Shown here one piece after another: positions 36,746 through 46,330 of a stretch of DNA of 64,000 bases (its first letter is position 1; each line of letters opens with the position of its first letter). Position numbers and translations under genes: made by a program. A model generated the notes under the pieces. That model ran no database searches. It saw only the letters and a program-made list of their open reading frames with translations, and was not told the origin of the DNA. The stretch covers positions 10,096-74,095 of IMG/VR virus record IMGVR_UViG_3300017917_002560; one strand, written 5' to 3'. This DNA is from a virus. Lineage: Duplodnaviria > Heunggongvirae > Uroviricota > Caudoviricetes.

Positions 36746-37331
36746 AGATTTCAATTTCTCTACAGTCAGGGTAGCCAGTCCAGTTGATTTGGTTCAAAGT
36801 AAAATCACAACGAGATAATTTTTCAATACCCAGCTCGGCTTCGTTGGGAGTCATTTTGTAATGAAACCCTAGTTTAAATTTCTTTTGTGATTCCCAAGGC
36901 AATATAGTCAAATCTCTGCCATCGTAACGTTGCAGTTTTATTGTTTCGTAAGCGGCTTGGTCATCTAACAACAGCGCACCGCCGCGGTGCAAGTCCAGTG
37001 GTTTACCACGACCAAAACTCACACAAGTAATAGTGCCGGCCTTATACATGCCTGGAGTGAGTTGTCGTGCGCTGTCAATGATTCTTGTTCCATAAAAGCG
37101 ATATTGTCCGGTCCACTGATCATCTAGTAATTTGTATCTAATTCCCAGCTTGTGCATTGTCATCAACACACTGAGATAGTTATATGCTGAAAATTCTGTG
37201 TACTTTATTTGATCATAGCGCATGGCCAGCTCAATGGCATGGGTGCAACAGTCTACAGCCACAGCATATGGTGCACCGGTGTATGCTGCCAGCTGTGTTT
37301 CAAATTCACTAATTTTATAAAATGGATCCAT
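36738..37331 (-). CDS. DegT/DnrJ/EryC1-type sugar aminotransferase (short form)
   Basis: FETQLAAYTGAPYAVAVDCCTHAIELA and CVSFGRGKPL (PLP lysine region) motifs; SD AAGGA before the ATG at 37331. Confidence 0.8.
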   Translation of the reverse strand: MDPFYKISEFETQLAAYTGAPYAVAVDCCTHAIELAMRYDQIKYTEFSAYNYLSVLMTMHKLGIRYKLLDDQWTGQYRFYGTRIIDSARQLTPGMYKAGTITCVSFGRGKPLDLHRGGALLLDDQAAYETIKLQRYDGRDLTILPWESQKKFKLGFHYKMTPNEAELGIEKLSRCDFTLNQINWTGYPDCREIEIYE

Positions 37332-37332
37332 G

Positions 37333-38316
37333 TTATTCCTTTGTGGCTGTAGCAATACAAACATCTATAAGTTCTTGCACAGTTTTTGTGTGCCGGAACC
37401 CAATGTCTTGGGCTTTTGCACTGCTGGGGATTCTCACAATGACATCATCTTTGTAGCTGGTAACAAAGTGCGCCCGGAAGTCATCGATTCGGCCTGACTG
37501 TTGCCAAATCATACGTGCTAGTTCAATAATATGCGTAGGTGTTTCACTGCCTAAGTTGTAAGCTTGTTGACTGGTCTCTGGTAGCCAGCTAGCACGTGCA
37601 ATGGTTTCAGCAACGTCATCAATCCAAGTAAAACAACGAACTTGATTGCCATTGCCAAATATTTCCACTGACTCACAGCGATCTAGCACAATCTTTTTAA
37701 TAAAATCTGTGAACACATGAGCAATGCCTGGCTCGTTTTCAAATTGCTCCAATGGAGTAATGATGTTGAACGGGCGCCAAATTACATAATCTAATCCGTA
37801 TTGGCGATGGTATTCTTTTACTAATTTTTCGCCAAACAGTTTGCTTAGGCCGTATCCAGTGTGCGGACATGGTAGGTCTTCTACCATGTCTTCTGTGAGT
37901 GGAAATGTTGCGGCACGTTCATAAACCATGCTACTAGATAGATATGCAACTTTTTTTACTTGCCAACGAGCAGAAGCTGCCAACACAGAATGAGTACTGG
38001 TAGCATTGCCGGCAAGAATGTCAGCACTGTATTTGTGGAATCCCACTACGCCATAAATCTGTGCGGCACAGTGCAAAACATAAGTGGGACGAAACTGATC
38101 AAACACAGTGTCCACCCAGGCATGATCGCACAAGTCGCCTTGAACAAACGTGTAGTCTCGGTCACGCTCTTGATGTCCGTATCGTGCGCAATTGTCAACA
38201 CCAATGATGTTGTACTCGTGAGAAATCTTTTTAATAATCCACTGCGCAAGTGAGCCTTCGCTACCGGTGATTAATAGTCGGGGTAGATCATTTTTTAATG
38301 AAAGTGTTGTTGTCAT
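37333..38316 (-). CDS. NAD-dependent nucleotide-sugar epimerase/dehydratase (extended SDR)
   Basis: LITGSEGSLA glycine motif, HCAA, SSSMVY, YGLSK (YxxxK) and RCFTWIDD. Confidence 0.9.
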   Translation of the reverse strand: MTTTLSLKNDLPRLLITGSEGSLAQWIIKKISHEYNIIGVDNCARYGHQERDRDYTFVQGDLCDHAWVDTVFDQFRPTYVLHCAAQIYGVVGFHKYSADILAGNATSTHSVLAASARWQVKKVAYLSSSMVYERAATFPLTEDMVEDLPCPHTGYGLSKLFGEKLVKEYHRQYGLDYVIWRPFNIITPLEQFENEPGIAHVFTDFIKKIVLDRCESVEIFGNGNQVRCFTWIDDVAETIARASWLPETSQQAYNLGSETPTHIIELARMIWQQSGRIDDFRAHFVTSYKDDVIVRIPSSAKAQDIGFRHTKTVQELIDVCIATATKE

Positions 38317-39064
38317 TTAAGATAGCATCAAACAATGTGTTGGGTATGTTGTGTTGTTTTAAAAATTCAGTAAATGCCGCTGTGTCTTTGGGCAAACACT
38401 TGCCGCCAAATCCTCGCAGTTGGTCTGAACATCTTAGATAGCTGTCGTGTGCAATGACTTTTCTAGTGATTGCGGCACCTAATACTTTGTTGTAGTCTGC
38501 GCCCATGCCTTGGCAAGACTCATAGAAAACGTTGGCAAACACAATTCGCAATGAATTAAATGTGTTCACAAAATATTTAGTAAACTCAGCTTCGGTGTGT
38601 GATACTCTAAAAAAGTCTTTACTGAAGTCTTGATGCAGTGTTTTGACCATTTCAAATACATCGTCGCGGTCACACCCCACAATTAATTGTTGTTGTTGTT
38701 CTAAATAATCTTCTGTGGCATGGTCCTGACGCAAAAATTCAGGAATAAAACAAATGTTGAGATTGATGTATTTCTTACAGAACTCATCTGTGGTGCCCGG
38801 AGTCATAGTAGACTTGATTACCACTAACTTTTCGTAATAGAACTCATTGAGTTGCTCCAGCGCCCAATCCACAGCAGACACATCACATGTGCCATCTTCC
38901 AATGTGTTGGTAGGTACACAAATAAACACAGCATCAGTGTCTGTAACAGGCAGGAATGAAGTGCTGTATTTGGGATCATAAGTCACAACAGCGTGACCGA
39001 TTTTGGTGTAGTTGTTGTAGATAGCTTGGCCAACCACACCTAAGCCAATGATACCAATTTTCAT
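38288..39064 (-). CDS. ugd: UDP-glucose/GDP-mannose 6-dehydrogenase (short, 258 aa)
   Basis: IGIIGLGVVG, FICVPT, IKSTMTPG, PEFLR and GFGGKCLPKD (catalytic Cys); lacks the usual C-terminal domain. Confidence 0.85.
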   Translation of the reverse strand: MKIGIIGLGVVGQAIYNNYTKIGHAVVTYDPKYSTSFLPVTDTDAVFICVPTNTLEDGTCDVSAVDWALEQLNEFYYEKLVVIKSTMTPGTTDEFCKKYINLNICFIPEFLRQDHATEDYLEQQQQLIVGCDRDDVFEMVKTLHQDFSKDFFRVSHTEAEFTKYFVNTFNSLRIVFANVFYESCQGMGADYNKVLGAAITRKVIAHDSYLRCSDQLRGFGGKCLPKDTAAFTEFLKQHNIPNTLFDAILNDNNTFIKK

Positions 39065-40077
39065 AAGTTTTGATATATCTTTAAAAGCAGTTTAGAATCG
39101 TAAAACTCACTTTCAATGTTGGTGAGTTGGTCTGTAATGATTTGATCTACACTTTCAAATTTGACTTCGCCGGGGGCCATGTCAGTGTCTACGGCAGAAC
39201 TCTTTGTGGGCACCAAGGCCATTTCTCTCAAGCCATAGTCTTTGACAAATGTGTCTTTGATGAAGTTGGCTTCTTCGTAGCTAATTTCAATGTCTAGTTC
39301 CACACGCACATGCATGTTTTGTTTCAACAGCGACGGCGCATTGTCAATCAAGTTGCCCAACTTCAATACACGATATGTGGGCTGATTGGGCCAAGCATGA
39401 TACACAGGCTTTTGCCCCCACTTAAGAATCATAACACCGCGGTCGTCGTCGCCAGCGTCAGCATAGTTGTGTGGGAAAGCATTACCAATGTAGGTAATGT
39501 TGGCTTTGGTCTGACGCTTGTGAAAGTGTCCAGTAAACACATGCCCAAAACCTGACAGTTGTTCTCTGCGGATCTCGCCATGATCTGGCATTTCTACCAT
39601 GGCGTTCATTAAGTAGCCCGGCAGTTCAAAGTGACCAAATAAATAGTCGCCGCCCATTTTGGCTAGCTTTTTATGATCGTCGCCCACAAGCCACGGGGCA
39701 ACTACAACACCGCCACTGTTAAACCAATCGTTGCAGATATGCACATTGGGCAAGTGCTTGGCCCACTCTACACTTTGGATGTCACGTTTGTCACGATAAT
39801 ACAAGTCGTGATTGCCAGGGATAAAGTAAACCTGTTCAAAATTGGCGTTGAGATGTTCCAATGCTCGCAAACTGTAGTTGAGAGTCATGATGTTTAGATT
39901 GGCACGGTTGTTGTGCCAATCGCCCAGGAACAAACATGTTTCACAGCCTTGAGAGCGAGCCAACTCAGTGGCCCACTTTACAAACTTCAAACAGTCTTCG
40001 TTGTGTAGTTGGCTGTTGCTTTTGAGTCCAAAATGGATATCTGTAAAAACCGCAGCCTTTTTGAATAAGGTAGTCAT
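39061..40077 (-). CDS. gp47: Recombination endonuclease nuclease subunit (T4 gp47; Mre11/SbcD-like)
   Basis: Metallophosphoesterase motifs TDIHFG, LGDW, GNHD and GHFH. Confidence 0.95.
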   Translation of the reverse strand: MTTLFKKAAVFTDIHFGLKSNSQLHNEDCLKFVKWATELARSQGCETCLFLGDWHNNRANLNIMTLNYSLRALEHLNANFEQVYFIPGNHDLYYRDKRDIQSVEWAKHLPNVHICNDWFNSGGVVVAPWLVGDDHKKLAKMGGDYLFGHFELPGYLMNAMVEMPDHGEIRREQLSGFGHVFTGHFHKRQTKANITYIGNAFPHNYADAGDDDRGVMILKWGQKPVYHAWPNQPTYRVLKLGNLIDNAPSLLKQNMHVRVELDIEISYEEANFIKDTFVKDYGLREMALVPTKSSAVDTDMAPGEVKFESVDQIITDQLTNIESEFYDSKLLLKIYQNL

Positions 40078-40089
40078 TTAGTGATTATA

Positions 40090-40986
40090 CTACTCATCAG
40101 TAGTAATCACAACCTCACTGGGCATATACGTAGGATCCTTTTTGCCAGCGTTCTGACGAGTCCAGCTTGGGTTCAAACCGTTCATTTCCAAAATGTCATC
40201 ACGGATATTTTGCATCTTCTTTTCAATGTTCAAAATACGTGTGAAGCTGTTGGTAATTGCGGCAGTGTAGTAAGCAAATGGATTTTGCGATTTGGATTCG
40301 TCAAACTGCAACCCAATTTGGCTAAGTTGTAGCAGAGCTTGGCCCCGCATTTCTTCATTATAGGTATAACCACGCCAGTTGCTACGTGTGGCATATCGTT
40401 CACACAGTTTCATAAACATCATGGCCAACTTGCGAGTCATAGTGCCGTGATCCTTGGAGAACTCTCCGTGCTCCAGATCGCCTTTCCAGTGCGACTTGCC
40501 TACAATATACGGTACCTTGTGCTCGTTAATTCTGTAGTGAAAGAATGGAGGAAAGTTAACTCTAATGTGTGTGGGATCCAGCACAGGTACATCAACAATG
40601 TCTTCAATGCTGTCGTCAACTACATCTTCTAAGTCTAGGATGTCTTCTAATCTGCGCTTTTTTGGGGCAGTTTTGCTGACTTTTTTAGGTGCTAGTGGTA
40701 TATGTTCCCATGTTGTGATTCTAAAAACAATGTCTGTATTGGGAATCTTTTTGGGGTCTAGCACAATACCGGTTTCTTTTTTAATGCGCTCTGCACGTAG
40801 TCTACGAGCTTCGGCAATGGTTTTTTGATTTATTTTTGCAACACTGGGCAAGATCATGTCGTATTGATGATCGGCTACAGGATCACGGAAACTACAGTAG
40901 GTGTTCTTGCTTAGGTGTATTTCTTTTAAGATATCTCTATTGTTGAGATAGTTGACTTTGGGTGCAGTCTTGGGAATAAGTGTCAT
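40090..40986 (-). CDS. gp55: Late-transcription sigma factor (T4 gp55-like)
   Basis: NYLNNRDIL...NWRGYTYNEEM...FDESKSQNPFAYYT...F..IEKK; immediately upstream of gp47, as in T4. Confidence 0.85.
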   Translation of the reverse strand: MTLIPKTAPKVNYLNNRDILKEIHLSKNTYCSFRDPVADHQYDMILPSVAKINQKTIAEARRLRAERIKKETGIVLDPKKIPNTDIVFRITTWEHIPLAPKKVSKTAPKKRRLEDILDLEDVVDDSIEDIVDVPVLDPTHIRVNFPPFFHYRINEHKVPYIVGKSHWKGDLEHGEFSKDHGTMTRKLAMMFMKLCERYATRSNWRGYTYNEEMRGQALLQLSQIGLQFDESKSQNPFAYYTAAITNSFTRILNIEKKMQNIRDDILEMNGLNPSWTRQNAGKKDPTYMPSEVVITTDE

Positions 40987-41013
40987 ACTTTTATTGTCTC
41001 CAGAGTATTACTT

Positions 41014-41041
41014 ATTGTAGCATAAAAACAACACTTGTCAA
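41014..41041 (-). promoter_or_regulatory. sigma70-type promoter for the gp55-gp47-sugar-gp46 operon
   Basis: Minus strand TTGACA-16 nt-TACAAT, followed by SD GGAG. Confidence 0.7.
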
Positions 41042-41099
41042 CCATTTTCTTTAAAGACGCCGTTTAAAAAATGGTTAAATACGCTATAGGAATACTGAC

Positions 41100-43127
41100 A
41101 TGGCATACGATCCACGCAAAGCGGCAACGTACAATAAACTAAGAAAATCTGGCTTATCAGAAGATGCAGCCTTGGCGCAGTCTGGCATCAGCAATGCCGA
41201 GATTGGTAATTATGCTATTGGCATGAACGGCGAGCTAGGCTCTGTTGTAGCCGGAGGCGGTAAAGTTGCTGGTGTTGATTATGACAAACTGTCGGCTGCT
41301 GAGTTGCGAGAACAAGCTAGATTTGATCAAGGTCTACAAACCACTGATTACGATCAAACAGCCAGTGGACGGCCTGCACAACAACCGGTTAAAAAATATT
41401 CATCATACACTTCTGTCAGTACAGAAACTGTAAGCGGTGGCGGCTCAACAACTGTGGTGTCAAGACCTCCCAAAGACACCGCAGCCAGCAATGCAGTTCA
41501 GCCTGCTATTAATGCCAAGCAAGCTGAAATAGATCAGTTCATCAAAGATAACCCCAGTAACTTTGCTAGAAAAAAGCAAGGATTACCACCGCTAACTCCT
41601 GAAGAAGCTGCCGCAAGACAGTCACAGTTAGACAGCTTAAACAATCAGCGCGGCGAGTTAGTTAACCAACAAAATGCTGCCAAGGAAGCAGTTCCTCCAG
41701 CAGTTACCACAGTCCCAAACACCACAACCACCACAGCTACAATTACATCGGTTACGTCATCAACTAACCAACCAGTTAACTTCAACAATGACGAACAGCT
41801 AAGTCAACAAACCGAAGCAGCCATTGATGCTGATCTTCCCACTGCCTCCACTGAAGGTAACAGTGAAAGATCGCCAAATCCAGTTGATGATGCCACACTG
41901 GTGCCAGATGACACAGTTGAGATTCCCGAAACCTTTGAGCCAGAGTTTGTTGAAACTGATACTGGATTAAATGTTTTAGATGAAGATTTGGCAAACCAAG
42001 ACAATGTAGAAAGTTTTGAACCACTGAATCAAGAGTTTGATGACGGTGGCGGCGAGTTTGTTGAACAAGATGGTTTGTTTGTATTGGCTGAAGAAGCTGA
42101 GCCTGTACCCGACGAGGATGGCTTTGTTGAATCTGACACTGGGTTATTGGTATCACAAGAAGATGTTGATGCCGAAAATGATGAAGCATTGTTCCGTCAA
42201 GAGCAAGAAGACCAAGAAGGCCCAACATTGCTGGGTGGCGACGATGACGACGAATCAGCTAATGCAGCCAGCACCAAGGCCAAGCTAGCAGAAACACAAC
42301 AGCAAGCAACAATACAGCAACGCTATAATCAAACCACTCAAGGCGATTGGCGGGTGCGTCTGCGACTAGCACCTGGCGCTAACTTTTTGTATAACGATCC
42401 CAGCAATTCATTGCTGGCACCACTGCGAGTCAGCAACGGAGTAATATTCCCATATACTCCAACTATTTCCACAAGCTTTACGGCCAACTACGACAAGTAT
42501 GATTTAACGCATTCTAACTATCGTGGGTACTTTTACAAAAATTCTGCAGTGGGCGATATTTCAATCAATGGCACATTTACTGCGCAAGACACTAGCGAAG
42601 CCGCATATCTGTTGGCTGTGATTGTGTTCTTGCGATCAGTTACAAAAATGTTTTATGGCAAAGACGAACTACGTGGTGCACCGCCCCCACTGGTTGAGTT
42701 GTCAGGGTATGGCCAATATCAATTCAATAATCACCCTTGCCTGGTCACAAGCTTTAACTACAGTTTGCCTAACGATGTAGACTATATTAGAGTCACTCCC
42801 AACAACCAAGGTATCAACTTAGGCAATCGCCAGAATCAAGTTAGTTCAAGTCCTGGTAGTACTATCCAAGATGCCGCAAGACGGTTGGGAACGCTGATTA
42901 ATTTGGCATCGGGGCAACCGGGAGTACCACGAGGCGCAGTTGGCTCTCCAGTGGATCTTGGCTCAGTAAATTCCACAGTGGCCGGTCTTGGGCAGTCCAC
43001 TTATGTTCCTACAAAAATGGAGATACAAATTACATTGCTGCCAGTACAAACACGACAACAAGTCAGTCAACAGTTCTCAGTTAAGAACTTTGCCAACGGT
43101 AATCTACTCAAAGGAGGATTCTGGTAA
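41100..43127 (+). CDS. Baseplate/tail-tube initiator-like protein (gp48/gp54-like C-terminal domain) with a long acidic N-terminal extension
   Basis: C-terminal WRVRL...GVIFPYTP...YD..THSNY...TAQD..EA.YLLA...FLRSVTKMFYG...PPP region resembles a tube-like fold. TAAATA upstream; first gene of the baseplate operon. Confidence 0.6.
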   Translation: MAYDPRKAATYNKLRKSGLSEDAALAQSGISNAEIGNYAIGMNGELGSVVAGGGKVAGVDYDKLSAAELREQARFDQGLQTTDYDQTASGRPAQQPVKKYSSYTSVSTETVSGGGSTTVVSRPPKDTAASNAVQPAINAKQAEIDQFIKDNPSNFARKKQGLPPLTPEEAAARQSQLDSLNNQRGELVNQQNAAKEAVPPAVTTVPNTTTTTATITSVTSSTNQPVNFNNDEQLSQQTEAAIDADLPTASTEGNSERSPNPVDDATLVPDDTVEIPETFEPEFVETDTGLNVLDEDLANQDNVESFEPLNQEFDDGGGEFVEQDGLFVLAEEAEPVPDEDGFVESDTGLLVSQEDVDAENDEALFRQEQEDQEGPTLLGGDDDDESANAASTKAKLAETQQQATIQQRYNQTTQGDWRVRLRLAPGANFLYNDPSNSLLAPLRVSNGVIFPYTPTISTSFTANYDKYDLTHSNYRGYFYKNSAVGDISINGTFTAQDTSEAAYLLAVIVFLRSVTKMFYGKDELRGAPPPLVELSGYGQYQFNNHPCLVTSFNYSLPNDVDYIRVTPNNQGINLGNRQNQVSSSPGSTIQDAARRLGTLINLASGQPGVPRGAVGSPVDLGSVNSTVAGLGQSTYVPTKMEIQITLLPVQTRQQVSQQFSVKNFANGNLLKGGFW

Positions 43128-43426
43128 TGGCCAATTACGAAGCAACCAGTCCGTACTTCCTTACACAGTACAGTCAATTCTTTCTTGATGTCATGGTCAA
43201 CCGACCAATACCTCAGCAAAGCGATGATCTTAAGACCACTATAAACTTAACGTATCAATACAGACCAGACTTGTTGGCATACGACTTGTATGGTACACCA
43301 ACACTGTGGTGGGTGTTTTATCAACGCAACCCCAACACACTTACAAAACCACCGCTGGATTTCAAAGCAGGTACCACAATATACCTACCAAAAGAATCAA
43401 CACTTAAATCAGTTCTGGGGTACTAA
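43127..43426 (+). CDS. gp53: Baseplate wedge protein (gp53/LysM-like)
   Basis: YQYRPDLLAYDLYGTPTLWWVF motif. Confidence 0.8.
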   Translation: MANYEATSPYFLTQYSQFFLDVMVNRPIPQQSDDLKTTINLTYQYRPDLLAYDLYGTPTLWWVFYQRNPNTLTKPPLDFKAGTTIYLPKESTLKSVLGY

Positions 43427-43429
43427 TCC

Positions 43430-46327
43430 ATGGCAGATCCAATACTACCGGACACACTGGAAGATGGCGATGGCGACATTGGCCTTGACGCAGAAACAGT
43501 TACCTTAGAAGAAAGTCAAGCAGTTGACGAATACTCTCCTGAGTACGAAGGAGAGTTACTGGCCGAACCATTGGAATTGCCTCCAGGCGCAGAACCAGAT
43601 GAAGCCACAGCACTCAACGAAGAAGACGGTCCTATACTACTCAATGAAGAGTCAGGAGACTTAACCACCAGCGAAGGTGCTGGTGCAGATGACGATGCTG
43701 GCTCGCCAGGATCAAATACTGGAACATCAAGAACTACTGGAACACCCAGCAACTCTTCCACTGGTGGTGCTGGTGGAAAAATCACACCACAGCCCAATAT
43801 ACTAGATAGATTTGCTTCGTACACTTATTCGGCATCGGTGTACATGCTAACCCCTGAACAACTGGATGCATACTCACGCAACGGTCGCCGCAATGTACAA
43901 GGATATAACTTGATAATGCAAAGCGGTGGTGCCCCTAACAACGTTGGTGGTCCGCAAGGCGGGCAAGGTCCGGCCAATGCCGGACGTAATCCATTTTTTC
44001 CGTTGGACTATTACATTGACAGCATAACACTTACCAACAACTTGTTTGGCAAAAGTACCAACGCCGCGCACAGTGTTGTGGACATGAAGTTCACAGTAAA
44101 CGAACCCAACGGTATCAGTTTGATTGACAACTTGTACAAGGCCGCACAAGACTTGGCTCCAAAAACAGCAGCCGGAACAGTTAACTATGCGGCTGTGGTA
44201 TATCTCATGGTCATACGTTTTTATGGCCAGACTATTGATGGTAAAGTTCAACAAGTTGGTGCAGCCGATCCCAAGACTGGCCTCAGCGATGCCAATGCCT
44301 TGGTTGAAAAGTTTATCCCATTTAAGATCAAGGAAATCAAATTTACTATTGCCAACAAACTTGTAACATACGAGTTTGATGTGGCGCCTATTGGGCAAAT
44401 GGTTGCCGCGGGCACACGTCGTGGTACTATTCCAGCTGACATCGAACTCAGTGCCACAACAGTGGGCGCCATGCTCACAGGCGATGCACAATACAGTGGA
44501 GCAACTGCTTCGGCCACCAGTCCTGGTGCAAGTACAACTCCGGGCTCAGCCGCAGGCAATGATGGCAGAACTTCTACCAGTGCACCAGCTAATGAAAATC
44601 CAGCATCGCCGGCCAAGGCCAATAGCGCACCTAATAACAAAAAGACTATCAAACAAGGCTTGATTGCGGCCATGAACGATTTCCAGAAAGAGCTAGTCAA
44701 AAAAGAAATATATGATGTAGCTGACGAATATGTGCTGGAATTTGCCAACGGTGCCGAAGCCATACGTGATGGCAAAATTGCTAAAACAGACAAAAAAGTC
44801 AACAAGAGTGCAACCCCAATGAGTCAGGCACCTAGCCAAAATACACAGAGTGCTAGCCCAGACAAAAGCAACATGGATGTTACTGCACGTAACTGGGGAG
44901 TCACAGCTGGTATGCAACTGGTGCAAGTGATAGACATGATTATTCGCAACAGCACATACATTACCGATCAAGCTGTGGTCATAATTGACGAGGAAACTGG
45001 CAAGCCTGTGCCCAACCCCAAGGCTGGCACCAAGGGCATGAAATGGTTTAATATTGCCATGAAAGTCACACAGTTAGACTATGATAAAAAGCGCAACGAT
45101 TTTGCTCATCGTATTACCTATATCATTGAGCCATACACTCTGACAGACTTTAACAGTCCGTATTTCCCAATTGGTAACTTCCGAGGAGTACACAAGCGTT
45201 ATCCATATTGGTTCACTGGGGAGAACACTCAGGTCCTGGATTACCAAGCCAGCTTTAACAAGCTATACAATCTTACCGTGAGTGGTGCCGACGGCAACAG
45301 CGCACTCAATAGTGTACGTAAAAAATACACATCCAGCATGCGTGACATTGCGTTCTATCAGTATCAAGCTCGCAGTACAGAATCTGCACAAGGCGCCGAA
45401 GGCAAAGCCAACGAGCTAGCCGCATCAGCCGCAGAATACCTCTACAACCCCAGCGACAACGCCAACGCTAAAATACGTATTATTGGTGACCCTGCTTGGA
45501 TTCAGCAAGGTAGTATCACTAACTTTGTAGACAGCAAAAGCGTAAGTTACGGACCATTCTTGCCCGACGGTACTATAAATTTTGAAGTCAACGATGTAAT
45601 GTTTGAGATTTCTTGGCAAAAACCGCAGGACTATAATTTAACCACAGGCGTTGCAGATCCATATTCCTCACCAGGCAGATCGTTTGGGGATCGCACACCA
45701 ATTCAAAGTGTAGTGTACAGAGCCAAGAGCGTGGTAAGTGAATTCCGACAAGGTAGATTTGAGCAAACAGTTGAAGGCACACTGTACACTTATCCTGTGC
45801 CCGAGGGCACCAACAAGGCCACAACAGCCAGCAACCCTGTTGCTAATTCTTCTGGCAGCAACGGCGCAGATACCAGCGATAATTCTGACACTGAACGTGT
45901 ACCGTTGGGCGAACAAACTATCAACACTGGAGATAGAACCAGCGGTGATCAAAATGACACTGATGAAGAACTGGTACAGTTGGGCGGCCCCGGGTTTGAT
46001 GATTTTTCTCAAAGTGCCGAGTATGAAAATTACGGTGGACCTGGCCTAGTAGCAGAACCAGATTTAGACTTTGTAGACCCTGGGGCAAGTTCAGGAGAGT
46101 TTGAAGATGATACCTTGTTTCCCGACGACACGGTTGGCATTCCCGACGAAGCAGAAGTTGGCGTTGACAGCAATGGTGAGGAAGTCAGTGTTGGTGCTGG
46201 CGGAATTCCCTCCAGTGGACGAATAACAGCCGACCAACGTGCGGCGATAAATCAAGATATAAGCGGGTTTGATGTAGAGTTGAGTCCACAACCAGCTAAT
46301 CCACAAATCATAGCTAGAGATTGGTAA
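43430..46327 (+). CDS. Baseplate hub-like protein (965 aa) with acidic terminal extensions
   Basis: Lies between the gp53-like and gp5-like genes; conserved-looking core (NILDRFASYTY, IRIIGDPAWIQQ, GRFEQTVEG). Confidence 0.6.
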   Translation: MADPILPDTLEDGDGDIGLDAETVTLEESQAVDEYSPEYEGELLAEPLELPPGAEPDEATALNEEDGPILLNEESGDLTTSEGAGADDDAGSPGSNTGTSRTTGTPSNSSTGGAGGKITPQPNILDRFASYTYSASVYMLTPEQLDAYSRNGRRNVQGYNLIMQSGGAPNNVGGPQGGQGPANAGRNPFFPLDYYIDSITLTNNLFGKSTNAAHSVVDMKFTVNEPNGISLIDNLYKAAQDLAPKTAAGTVNYAAVVYLMVIRFYGQTIDGKVQQVGAADPKTGLSDANALVEKFIPFKIKEIKFTIANKLVTYEFDVAPIGQMVAAGTRRGTIPADIELSATTVGAMLTGDAQYSGATASATSPGASTTPGSAAGNDGRTSTSAPANENPASPAKANSAPNNKKTIKQGLIAAMNDFQKELVKKEIYDVADEYVLEFANGAEAIRDGKIAKTDKKVNKSATPMSQAPSQNTQSASPDKSNMDVTARNWGVTAGMQLVQVIDMIIRNSTYITDQAVVIIDEETGKPVPNPKAGTKGMKWFNIAMKVTQLDYDKKRNDFAHRITYIIEPYTLTDFNSPYFPIGNFRGVHKRYPYWFTGENTQVLDYQASFNKLYNLTVSGADGNSALNSVRKKYTSSMRDIAFYQYQARSTESAQGAEGKANELAASAAEYLYNPSDNANAKIRIIGDPAWIQQGSITNFVDSKSVSYGPFLPDGTINFEVNDVMFEISWQKPQDYNLTTGVADPYSSPGRSFGDRTPIQSVVYRAKSVVSEFRQGRFEQTVEGTLYTYPVPEGTNKATTASNPVANSSGSNGADTSDNSDTERVPLGEQTINTGDRTSGDQNDTDEELVQLGGPGFDDFSQSAEYENYGGPGLVAEPDLDFVDPGASSGEFEDDTLFPDDTVGIPDEAEVGVDSNGEEVSVGAGGIPSSGRITADQRAAINQDISGFDVELSPQPANPQIIARDW

Positions 46328-46330
46328 AAT

